The notes under the pieces: model-generated | What the model was told of the DNA's origin: nothing | The model's input: only the letters and a program-made list of their open reading frames with translations | Databases searched by the model: none | Assembly (NCBI GenBank): GCA_902386535.1 | Contig: CABMJK010000039.1 | Span: 678 to 64,677, forward strand | Length of the DNA stretch: 64,000 bases | Source: Candidatus Burarchaeum australiense | GTDB lineage: Archaea > Micrarchaeota > Micrarchaeia > Burarchaeales > Burarchaeaceae | Direction: 5' to 3' | In this document: in pieces, positions 43,120 through 51,694 of the stretch | How positions within the stretch are numbered: position 1 is the stretch's first letter | How the letters are laid out: every line of letters starts with the position of its first letter | Program-made: the position numbers and the translations under genes

Positions 43120-43251
43120 CGCCGAGAGAGGGATTTTCATTTCTTTTCCGCAGGCGCTTTTCTTTCTAAGAAAAGGGCCTTTTTGAACCCTCAAGGGCTT
43201 TCGCCCGGCAGATTAGCAATCTGCTGCCCGACCAGGTTGGGCGTCCTCGGC
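43120..43251 (-). tRNA. tRNA-Ser (anticodon GCU) with an about 48-nt intron inside the T-loop (about 43134-43181)
   Basis: Hand-folded: GCCGAGG AC GCCC AACCTGGTC GGGC A GCAGA UUGCUAA TCTGC, long variable arm CGGGCGAAAGCCCT, T-stem GAGGG TTCAAA|intron|T CCCTC, acceptor TCTCGGC, discriminator G. An oligo-T run follows the 3' end. Confidence 0.75.
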
Positions 43252-43272
43252 ATAAGAACCTACGGTTCTTAT
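43252..43272. repeat. Hairpin ATAAGAACC-TAC-GGTTCTTAT abutting the tRNA-Ser 5' end
   Basis: A perfect 9-bp inverted repeat with the same GAACC-NNN-GGTTC core as at 12026, 58654 and 61271. Confidence 0.7.
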
Positions 43273-43295
43273 TATCTCCCTTTTTGTTTTTCTAA

Positions 43296-43570
43296 AGTGC
43301 AATGGGATTGCCGAGTTCGATGCGTCCTTCCCCGTAAGATTATCCGCGCCTAGGCTCCACCCCGTTACCCCAAAGCATGGACGCAAATATTTAGGGTTGC
43401 TCCTTTCGGCCTGGCCCGGTTCACATAAGAGCCCATCTCTGGAGGCAGGGCTTCGACGCTTCGGCACGGGTCCCGCGGCAAAGGGCGAACCTTGCCCGGC
43501 CATTCGGTCCCGCCTAAGAGGATTTGCGGTGCAAGGTACCCCTAGCTCCCCGACCTATCCCACTGCGAAG
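43296..43570 (-). ncRNA. Signal recognition particle RNA (7S/SRP RNA)
   Basis: The minus strand contains GGGCCAGGCCGAAAGGAGCAACC, which resembles the conserved helix-8 motif (GNAR tetraloop plus AGCA). 5' GCAGTGGGAT pairs with 3' ATCCCATTGC. There is a 5' GGGGAGCTAGGGG Alu-like start and a TATA box about 25 nt upstream. The ends are approximate. Confidence 0.7.
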
Positions 43571-43587
43571 AATTAGGGTTGTTTGGG

Positions 43588-43597
43588 TTTTATATAC
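43588..43597 (-). promoter_or_regulatory. TATA box (minus strand GTATATAAAA) for the SRP RNA
   Basis: A strong TATA-like element about 20-30 nt upstream of the inferred SRP RNA 5' end. Confidence 0.5.
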
Positions 43598-43628
43598 TTG
43601 ATGCTCGAACTACACGACGGGTGCGAAC

Positions 43629-44636
43629 ATGGCTGAAAATGATGACACTTATCTTCCAAGGATAGTAGTTTCGGGAGTCGGAGGAGCGGGCTGCAACACG
43701 GTAAACCGGCTTGCGCATGTGGGCGTGAAGGGCGCGGAGCTGCTGGCTTTTAACACTGACAGGAAGCACCTGAACGTGATAAGCGACAAGACCAAGAAAT
43801 ACGTCCTGGGCGACAGCGTGACGCACGGCCTGGGCGCGGGCGGCTATCCCGAGGTCGCGCTCAAGGCCGCGGAGCTTTCGCGCGGCGAGATAGAGGCCGT
43901 GCTCGAGGGCACGGATTTGATGTTTCTCGCTGCGGGCATGGGCGGCGGCACGGGCACGGGCGCTGCCCCGGTAATCGCGGACGTGGCGCGCAAGCAGGGC
44001 GCAATCGTCATAGCCATAGTCACCTATCCCTTCCTTCTCGAGCGCGCAAGGCTCAAGCGGGCCGAGGAGGGCATTGAAAACCTCCGAAGGTTCGTGGACA
44101 CCATAGTGGTCATAGACAACAACAGGCTCGTGGAGTTCGTGCCCAACCTGCCAATCGAGCAGGCATTCAACATCGCGGACGAGATCACGGCCCGTGCGGT
44201 GCGCGGCATTGCCGAGACCATCACCACCCCATCGCTCATCAACCTCGACTTTTCGGACGTGAAGACTGTCATGAGCAACGGCGGGGTCTCGATGATTGCG
44301 GTGGGTGAGTCCAAGGGCTCGCAGAGGGGGCGGGACCTGGTGAGCAACACGCTGCACCACAGGCTTCTTGACGTCGATTACAGGGGCTCGACGGGAGTTC
44401 TCCTGCACATCACCGGCTCCGCGGACATGACCCTGGGCGAGGCGAACCAGGCCGGCGAGGAGATAACCGCCGAGGTGGACCCGAACGCCAACGTGATTTG
44501 GGGCGCGCGGCTCGACCCCACTTTTGATAACAAGCTGGAGGCCTTCGCCATCTTCACGGGCATAAAGGCACCCTACATCGTGGGCAAGCACCCTGTGGAG
44601 AAGGAGAAGTTCAGCTTCGAGCTCGAGGGAGTTTAG
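43629..44636 (+). CDS. ftsZ: Cell division GTPase FtsZ
   Basis: GVGGAGCN and the tubulin signature GGGTGTGAAPV, over 335 aa. Confidence 0.95.
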   Translation: MAENDDTYLPRIVVSGVGGAGCNTVNRLAHVGVKGAELLAFNTDRKHLNVISDKTKKYVLGDSVTHGLGAGGYPEVALKAAELSRGEIEAVLEGTDLMFLAAGMGGGTGTGAAPVIADVARKQGAIVIAIVTYPFLLERARLKRAEEGIENLRRFVDTIVVIDNNRLVEFVPNLPIEQAFNIADEITARAVRGIAETITTPSLINLDFSDVKTVMSNGGVSMIAVGESKGSQRGRDLVSNTLHHRLLDVDYRGSTGVLLHITGSADMTLGEANQAGEEITAEVDPNANVIWGARLDPTFDNKLEAFAIFTGIKAPYIVGKHPVEKEKFSFELEGV

Positions 44637-44723
44637 TCCTCCGGCGCGGAGCTATGGGGAAATATAGGTTCCGGGCAAAATATATAGTATATTTTAAAAA
44701 GCCGGAAAGCCAGAATTTGGTGC

Positions 44724-46694
44724 GTGTTAAAGCACGCAAAGATAACCCCCATAGGGAACCGGTTCTATCCTTGGCCTAACGGAGCGGTTGCCAGACCTCG
44801 CGACCCGGCAGACTTCGCCAACGCCGAGCCGAAGGCGGAAAAAAGGACAGGATGGTCGGAGGAGGCGTTGAAAAAACACGAGGCACGTGTGGCGCACCTA
44901 AGGGCACTGAGTGAAGACTACTGGGGAAAACAGGCGCACATTGAAGGCAGTGAAGAGTTACTCGGTAAGGAGGCGGCGAAAAAAAATCAAGAATTTCTTT
45001 TGGAGAGGTATTACAGGGTATGTTCAAGAAAGAAAAAAGGATGGCTGGAGGAAAAGGAAGACCTGGAGAAGAAGCTGTTGTGGGCATATGATCATTTACT
45101 ACGTGAAATTGCAAACCAAACTCAAGGTTTGCGACTTGAGAAATTCGGCAGCACCCTGGACGCGGACGATTTCTTTGTGTGGGGCCAACTGGGCGTGTTG
45201 AAGGCAATCGAAAAATATGTGCCTGAAAAAAAAGGGTATTTCGAGTTCTACCTGAGGACATGCATACGTAACGCGATTCGGGACGGAATCAAGGATGAGC
45301 AAGGCACCATACACATAGCAGAAGACACCGTAAGCGAACTGGGGCAACTTAAAAAAGCGATAGAAAAACTTACGCAACAGAATGAAGCGCGGGTGGCGCG
45401 CCTCGTAGAAGAAAGGAGCTTGGGTGAAAGACAGTTAAGTGATGCAGAACTGCGTTTAATCAGAAACTGCGGCAAGCCCACGGAAGCCGAACTTGCCGCT
45501 GAGATGGAAGTAACGGTGGAAACTATCAAACGGCTTTTCGAGATAGACCGCTTATTTTTCAATGCTTCCCTGGACGCGCCTGTGAACCGGCAATCGCAAG
45601 GCGAAGACGATGACGCACGGATGCAGTTCTGCGCCGGACCTGGGCTTAAACCGGATGAATACGCGATAATTAGCGCGGTGCTGGAAATCGTCAGGCAAGT
45701 CGTTGAAAAATACGTTTCGGCGAAAGGGGTCAGCGCGCAAACCAGAGAACTGATGCTTGCTAAAATTGACGGTCTTCTCCCGGATTTCATCTCGCTCGAA
45801 GAGGTTGCGGAAACCTTCGGTATGAATCCGAACTATGTGCGAAACACGTTCAGCCAATACCTGGCAGGACCTTTGGGCGATGCGCTGACTGCGCTCGAAA
45901 TCGACGCCGTGCCGATATTTGAAGTCAATCTCGACGTAGTGGAGCGCATGCGCGAAATCGGGAATTGCGCTGGAAAAGAAGCTACGAGTGAGACGCGGAG
46001 GCCGCCGGACTATTGGAAAGACCTGGAAAACAACCTAAACTATCTGCGAGATAATGCCGATGGCGTCTATGCCCCGGACAGCAGCTCAGTGGCTGCAAGG
46101 CCAGTCAAACATTCATTGGACTCGGGGTATTTTCCGGACCACACGTATTCAAGTCTCGCCGCACTTGCAGGGCTTAGATTGAGGACGGAGGAGCCGACGA
46201 TTCATGATGATTTTGACGTGTTTGCGCGGGCGCTCCTGCCACACGTGAAAGACGGAATTATGCCGCCTACGGCCCATTTCAAAGGAAATGGCCTTGAAGA
46301 CCTATACTATAGCATCTTGAACAACTGGGGCGGGAAGGAAGCGGTTATGCGGAAGTTGGCAGAGCGCGGCTTGATCCCCCATGTCGAAGATTGCATTGCG
46401 CATTTGTCGAACAAAGGCCGGCCGAACATGCGCAATGATTTCGGCCTTTTCACCGAGGCGCTGCTGCCGCACATTACGGAAGACGGACGAATCCCCTCGT
46501 ATACGTATTTCAAAAATAACGGAATCGCCACCATTTACAGGTACATTATGGACGTCTGGGGCGGACCTGAAGCAGTCCTGCAAAGAATGAATGGCCTGGG
46601 TATGCTTGGACCGACTAATGGAGAAACCGTGCAGCCGCCGGCCGCAGAGGAGAAGGAGCCGGAATACGCGCTTGTTGGTGCTGGAACCAGATAA
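44724..46694 (+). CDS. Sigma-70 family-like protein (regions 2, 3 and 4 recognisable) with C-terminal tandem repeats resembling homing-endonuclease-associated repeats
   Basis: [46 protein letters not shown] aligns with E. coli RpoD [69 protein letters not shown]...SLDAPV resembles region 3, and [21 protein letters not shown] resembles region 4.2. GC is visibly lower than in flanking genes. The GTG start is uncertain. Confidence 0.7.
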   Translation: [656 protein letters not shown]

Positions 46695-46713
46695 ACGGTT
46701 GCTCGGCTCATCA

Positions 46714-46986
46714 TCACTTGTAGAAGTTTCCCAGCCACCAGTCTTTCACGAAAGGCAACGTGAGCGTCGAGAGCGCGTAGGCGGCAGCGGGCACGAGCGC
46801 CGTGAGCCAGGGGTTCGGGGCGGCAATGATTACGAAAAGGATTACTGCGAGGACGTAGGTCATTAGCGTGATCAGGCCCCTCCTTGCGGCGCTAGTCTCC
46901 CAGGCCTTGTCGGCCTCGACGCGTGCATTGCGCTGCTTTATCGAGTGCAGTTCGCGCTTCAGTTCTGCTTGCAGATTCTCGCGCAT
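46714..46986 (-). CDS. Small membrane protein (coiled N-terminus plus 2 TM)
   Basis: 90 aa with two hydrophobic segments. It starts 4 nt downstream of the S2P stop. Confidence 0.5.
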   Translation of the reverse strand: MRENLQAELKRELHSIKQRNARVEADKAWETSAARRGLITLMTYVLAVILFVIIAAPNPWLTALVPAAAYALSTLTLPFVKDWWLGNFYK

Positions 46987-46990
46987 TTGA

Positions 46991-48649
46991 CTACCTCCAC
47001 AGCCACGGCAGCAGATTGATTATGAATGCAAGCGCTATGGCATAGGTTATGAGCTTCAGCCAGAACTTGTCCGGCACGGCAATGGCCATGAGCTTCTGGC
47101 CGTCGAAGACAGGCAGCGGGAAGAGGTTCACAGAGCCTATCAGGAAGTTCAGCACGAAGGTGAGAGCGAGCACGTTGTACACGAAGTTCAGCCAGCCCCA
47201 ACCCGGAGCAAAGGTGTTGGTGTAGATTAGCGTGCCCAGACGCGTGCCCAGGAAGACGAAGGAGCCGCCGTCCGCGTTCGTGAACTGCATGCTCACGAAA
47301 GAGTTGTCTCCCGCCTTCGTTTCGTAAACCGTCTGCATGCACGCGGTGCTTTCGCAGTTTTCGGGCGCCATGCGCAGGAGGCTGATGGAGCCGTTGCTGT
47401 CAAGGCTCACGAGCGCCCGCGAGCCGTTCATCACTCCGAAGCTAATGGTGTCCCCTCCAGTCAGATTGGAAAGGCCGGTCACCACGGAGTCGGGCCCGTC
47501 GACGTGCAAGTCGTTGACCGAAAGGAGCGGCACGGGCGCAATCACGGGCGTATCATTGACATAGGCGCTCACGAGGACTGCGCGGTCCTCGAGTGGCGAG
47601 ACCGCGAGCAGGAAGAGGCAGAGCAGGCCGAAGGCGGCGAACATGGTGACGAAGTTGGATGTCGAGCCCGCGACCAGGACGTCGCGCTGCTTGTTCGGGG
47701 CCGCATTGTCGAGCTGCTTCTCGTCCGGGTCGACGAAAGCGCCGACCGGCAGGATGCCGAAGAGGACCACGCCGGCGGACTTGAGTTTTATGTTGTGCAG
47801 GCGCGCGAGTATGCCGTGCGCCCCCTCATGCACCACGAGGATGATCACGAGTGCAAGTATGCCTTCGAGCAAGGGGATGTTCTTGCCGGGAATGATGGGC
47901 GCAGCGCCCGGGGCCGCGGCCGCCAATGCCGTGCCTCCATGGAGAAGGAATTGCGCCATTGCAAGCAGGATGGCGACTGCATTGGCCACCAGGCCGAGAA
48001 TGCCCGCCATGGTCACGCCGCCGACCAGCAGAAGGCCCAGGACGCCATACTGAAGCAGTTCATTGCCCGAACCCCCGCGCGTGCTGACCGAGCCCATCGG
48101 GAGGTTCGAGATTACCGAATAGGCGACAGGCAGGACTAGCGGCATCACGAGGAGCGATGAAAGCAGCAGGATTGCCAGCGAGACCAGGCACGTGCGCTTG
48201 GAGATGCCTTTGAACATCACTAGCGAGAGGAGGCCGAAGCCGAAGACAAGGCCGAACTCGCAGAAGGCTTTCCAGAACCCGGGCCACGCCTTTGCGAGCG
48301 TCTCGAGCTTCTTGAGGCCGTACTCGGTGCGCAGGAGCATGAGGCCCCACTCGCCTTCAATGCCGAGCAGGCGCCGCAGGGCCTCGCCGCTCAGGCCGAG
48401 CAGGCCGATGATGGCTATGAACTTGAGCACGCCGTTCACGTCGTAGTCCAGAAGCCAGAAGAAGAGCGCCGCTGCCGCCACCACTATCACGAGCGAGAGC
48501 ACGTGGCGCAGAGTCTGATTGGCAATTGCTGATGAGGGCTGCGCGGAACTTTTTTTCGCAGCTGCACGCGAAGGGCGTTTTTCCCCGGCCGCGAGCGCGG
48601 AACTTTTTTTTGCTGCCGCAGCCTTTGCCCTAGCAAGTCTAGACGCCAT
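46991..48649 (-). CDS. Site-2 protease family (M50) intramembrane metalloprotease
   Basis: HEGAHGILAR (HExxH in a TM helix) and NLFPLPVFDGQKL (NxxPxxxxDG motif). Polytopic, with a Lys/Ala-rich N-terminus. Confidence 0.85.
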   Translation of the reverse strand: MASRLARAKAAAAKKSSALAAGEKRPSRAAAKKSSAQPSSAIANQTLRHVLSLVIVVAAAALFFWLLDYDVNGVLKFIAIIGLLGLSGEALRRLLGIEGEWGLMLLRTEYGLKKLETLAKAWPGFWKAFCEFGLVFGFGLLSLVMFKGISKRTCLVSLAILLLSSLLVMPLVLPVAYSVISNLPMGSVSTRGGSGNELLQYGVLGLLLVGGVTMAGILGLVANAVAILLAMAQFLLHGGTALAAAAPGAAPIIPGKNIPLLEGILALVIILVVHEGAHGILARLHNIKLKSAGVVLFGILPVGAFVDPDEKQLDNAAPNKQRDVLVAGSTSNFVTMFAAFGLLCLFLLAVSPLEDRAVLVSAYVNDTPVIAPVPLLSVNDLHVDGPDSVVTGLSNLTGGDTISFGVMNGSRALVSLDSNGSISLLRMAPENCESTACMQTVYETKAGDNSFVSMQFTNADGGSFVFLGTRLGTLIYTNTFAPGWGWLNFVYNVLALTFVLNFLIGSVNLFPLPVFDGQKLMAIAVPDKFWLKLITYAIALAFIINLLPWLWR

Positions 48650-48739
48650 ACCGCACCTTTCTTGCCCAACTATAATAAAGCTTCTGAAATTGCGCGGAAC
48701 GCGCCCATGTATTTAAAGTTTTGGAGGCCTAAGCGCATC

Positions 48740-49246
48740 ATGGCTGATTGCGAGATTTGCGGGCGCGAGGGCGCGGGCTACGTGGTGCAGCTGGAGGGCG
48801 CGAGGATGAGGACCTGCGCCGAGTGCGCCAAAGGCGGAAAGATCCTGGAGCGGCCGGCATACGAGCCGCCGAAGCGCGCACAGGCAGCCGGCGCAGGGCG
48901 GATGGGCGGCGCGGCAATGGCTCCGCAGGTGAGGCGCGGGCCGCAGGAACTCGAGATTGCAACTGATTTCTCCGAGCGCATAGTGGCAGCGAGGCAGCAC
49001 ATGCACATCGAGCGCAAGGTGCTTGCAGAAATGGTAAGCGAGAAGGAATCCTTCCTGGAAAGGGTGGAGCACGGGAACGCCCAGCCCGGCGAAGTGCTCG
49101 CGCGCAAGCTCGAGAAGGCGCTTGGCATCAAGCTGCTAGGGCAGGATGCGGGCGAGTCCTATGGCTCGGCGCCGATGGACAAGAGGAAGGACCTGACGCT
49201 GGGTGACATTGTTTTTGTGAAAAAGAAAAAGAGCGAGGAAGAATAG
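48740..49246 (+). CDS. mbf1: Archaeal multiprotein-bridging factor 1 (Zn-ribbon plus HTH_XRE)
   Basis: MADCEICGREG...CAECAK followed by an XRE-type HTH (IERKVLAEMVSEKESFLERVEHG). The start is trimmed to ATG 48740. Confidence 0.8.
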   Translation: MADCEICGREGAGYVVQLEGARMRTCAECAKGGKILERPAYEPPKRAQAAGAGRMGGAAMAPQVRRGPQELEIATDFSERIVAARQHMHIERKVLAEMVSEKESFLERVEHGNAQPGEVLARKLEKALGIKLLGQDAGESYGSAPMDKRKDLTLGDIVFVKKKKSEEE

Positions 49247-49294
49247 TTTGCGGGCGAGGAAAAGAACGAGAAAAGTCATTGCACAGGCGATTTT

Positions 49295-50323
49295 GTGGGC
49301 GTTCAGCTCGGCGACATTGTAGTGAAGGAAAGGCTCGAGATTTCCGCGCTTTCCGGCAGGCGCGTGGCCATAGACGCCTACAACGCCCTCTACCAGTTTC
49401 TCTCGATAATAAGGCAGCGGGACGGCACGCCGCTCATGGACAGCAAGGGCAGGGTGACGAGCCATCTTTCAGGCATCTTCTACCGCACCGCGCGGCTGCT
49501 CGAGGCGGGCGTGAAGCCGGTCTACATCTTTGACGGCAAGCCGCCGGCGCTGAAAAGGCGCGTGCTGGGCGAGCGGGCAGAGGTGAGACTGGAGGCGAAC
49601 GAGAAATGGCAGAAGGCGCGGGAGGCCGGGGATTTGGAGGGCGCGAGGAAATACGCGCAGGCAAGCTCAAGGCTTACGGGCACGATGGTCACGGAAAGCA
49701 AGGAGCTTTTGCAGGCCATGGGCGTGCCCTTCGTGCAGGCGCCCAGCGAGGGCGAGGCGCAGGCAGCCTGGATGACGCAGGAGCGCAAGGTCGACATATG
49801 CTCATCCCAGGACTATGACGCGCTCCTCTTTGGCGCACCCGAGCTCGCGCGCAACCTCACGATAAGCGGGAGGCGCAAGCTGCCCGGCAAGGACGTTTAT
49901 GTCGAAGTGGAGCCCGAGCTCATAATACTGAAAGACACGCTGGCCGCGCTGGGCATTGAAAGGAAGCAGCTCATCTGGATAGGCATACTCATAGGCACGG
50001 ACTTCAACGAGGGAGTGAAGGGCATCGGGCCCAAGAAGGCGCTGAAAATAGTCAAGGAGGCGGGCAGCTTGACCGAGGCAGTGGAGGCCAGCAAGGGCGA
50101 GTTCGAGGTCGAGCCCGCCGAAGTCGAGGACTTCTTCCTGCATCCGCCGGTTGACGCGAATGCCGCGGTTGAGTTTGGCGAGCCTGACAGGAAAAAGATT
50201 TTGGAATTCCTGTGCAAGGAGCACGACTTCATGGAGGAGCGCGTTTCCGGCGTGGCTGATTCCATCGTGAAGAAAGCGGGCGAGAAGGGCGTGCAGAGCG
50301 GGCTCGGGCAGTGGGTGAAGTAG
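49295..50323 (+). CDS. fen: Flap endonuclease 1
   Basis: MGVQLGDIV...AIDAYNALYQFL...GTPLMDS.G..TSHL.G.FYRT..LLE.G.KPVYIFDG and a C-terminal PIP-like QSGLGQWV. Confidence 0.95.
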   Translation: MGVQLGDIVVKERLEISALSGRRVAIDAYNALYQFLSIIRQRDGTPLMDSKGRVTSHLSGIFYRTARLLEAGVKPVYIFDGKPPALKRRVLGERAEVRLEANEKWQKAREAGDLEGARKYAQASSRLTGTMVTESKELLQAMGVPFVQAPSEGEAQAAWMTQERKVDICSSQDYDALLFGAPELARNLTISGRRKLPGKDVYVEVEPELIILKDTLAALGIERKQLIWIGILIGTDFNEGVKGIGPKKALKIVKEAGSLTEAVEASKGEFEVEPAEVEDFFLHPPVDANAAVEFGEPDRKKILEFLCKEHDFMEERVSGVADSIVKKAGEKGVQSGLGQWVK

Positions 50324-50360
50324 GGGAGCAGTCTGGCAAGCGCGAGCCCATCAAAGGCGA

Positions 50361-51563
50361 CTAATACACCCCCACCTTGCCCTCGACTATCAACTCTGTT
50401 ATCTTAGTCACGTTTGCCAGCCATTCATCCACGACCCCGCGCACCTTGCCCTGCATTTCTGGCAGCTGGGCTTCCTTGCCGTCGCTCAGGAAGAGCTGAA
50501 TGCCTGCGCTCTGCGGCTGGTCGATGGGCTTGCCTATTGCTGAGAGAAGCGAAACGTTGCAGGCCTCGATGTCCGGGTAAAGGTTCACGATGTCCTCGGC
50601 AATCTCGAACGCGAGCACGCTGTAGATTTTGCCCACGTGGTTGACTGGATTCTTCCCGCACGCAGCCTCCATGGTCATGGGCCGGCCCGGCGTGATCAAA
50701 CCATTCACGCGATTCCCGCGGCCGACCTCGCCGTCGTCCCCCATCTCGGCGCTCGTGCCGCTCACGGTCAGGTAGACGCTGCCCTTCTTCACGTCATCGC
50801 CGGTGTTGATTTGCACAGTCACCTGGCGCTCGGTGAACTTCTTCGCGGTCGCAAGCACGTCCTTGGTCACCTGCTCCTTAATTTTCACATACTCGTCAAG
50901 GCTGTTCACGAATCTTGACACGAACGCGATGGCAACCGTAAGGGTGATGTGGTTGCCGGAGCGGAGGCCCATCACCTTTATATCCTCGCCCACGGCCGGC
51001 TGCTTCTTCTTGTATTCCTTCGAATTCAGCATCTGCTCGGCCTCGTAGACTATGCGCTCGGTCTCGCTGAGGGGCGCAAACCCGACGCCGAAGCTGGTGT
51101 CGTTGGCGAAGGGTATCCTGGGCCCTCGCAGGAAAACGTCGACGAGGTCCTTCGAGCCCGGCGAGATTCTTTTTTCGATGCGGGTGTTGGACGAATCGAG
51201 GAAGCGCATGTTTTCCTTCAGGTACTTGAGCGCGGCCTCCTCGGCTATGCCCGCGGCGTCGATTTTCTTCCCCTCTACGTCATCGCACGCCCTTCCGCAC
51301 AGGATGATGTCGATGGGGCGCGTGAACCGGCCGCCGCCGAACTTGACTTCGGTGCCGCCGCCCACGACCAGGCCCTTGTCCACGTTGTGGTGCATTATCT
51401 TTCCGTAGACATGCAGATACTCTTTGCAGAGCGCGCGGCTTGCGTGCTCCATTATGCCGTCAATCAGCGTGTCGGGGTGGCCGACGCCCTTCCGCTCAAC
51501 GTGCTCAAACGGCTTTTCCTCTATCAGGGGGACATTCAGGTTTTCTATGGTGATGTTTCTCAT
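50361..51563 (-). CDS. mat: Archaeal-type S-adenosylmethionine synthetase
   Basis: [15 protein letters not shown], 400 aa, typical archaeal MAT layout. Confidence 0.9.
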   Translation of the reverse strand: MRNITIENLNVPLIEEKPFEHVERKGVGHPDTLIDGIMEHASRALCKEYLHVYGKIMHHNVDKGLVVGGGTEVKFGGGRFTRPIDIILCGRACDDVEGKKIDAAGIAEEAALKYLKENMRFLDSSNTRIEKRISPGSKDLVDVFLRGPRIPFANDTSFGVGFAPLSETERIVYEAEQMLNSKEYKKKQPAVGEDIKVMGLRSGNHITLTVAIAFVSRFVNSLDEYVKIKEQVTKDVLATAKKFTERQVTVQINTGDDVKKGSVYLTVSGTSAEMGDDGEVGRGNRVNGLITPGRPMTMEAACGKNPVNHVGKIYSVLAFEIAEDIVNLYPDIEACNVSLLSAIGKPIDQPQSAGIQLFLSDGKEAQLPEMQGKVRGVVDEWLANVTKITELIVEGKVGVY

Positions 51564-51694
51564 GGGAATCGATTTACTGTGGGCTCGCGGGAATATAAAT
51601 GTTTGCAGGATATTCTGATTGGAATAAAATATGAATGACTGCTGGAACTACGTCTTGCCTTCAAGAAGCTCCTTGGCCCGGGTCACGCTCGCCG

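Noticed and set aside
43213-43503. 96-aa minus-strand ORF
   Set aside because: It lies entirely within the tRNA-Ser/hairpin/SRP RNA region. The RNA-gene interpretation explains the sequence better, through conserved helix-8-like motif, terminal pairing and TATA box.
43590-44591. 333-aa minus-strand ORF opposite ftsZ
   Set aside because: It is antisense to a clear FtsZ gene and has a junk-like Arg/His/Val composition.
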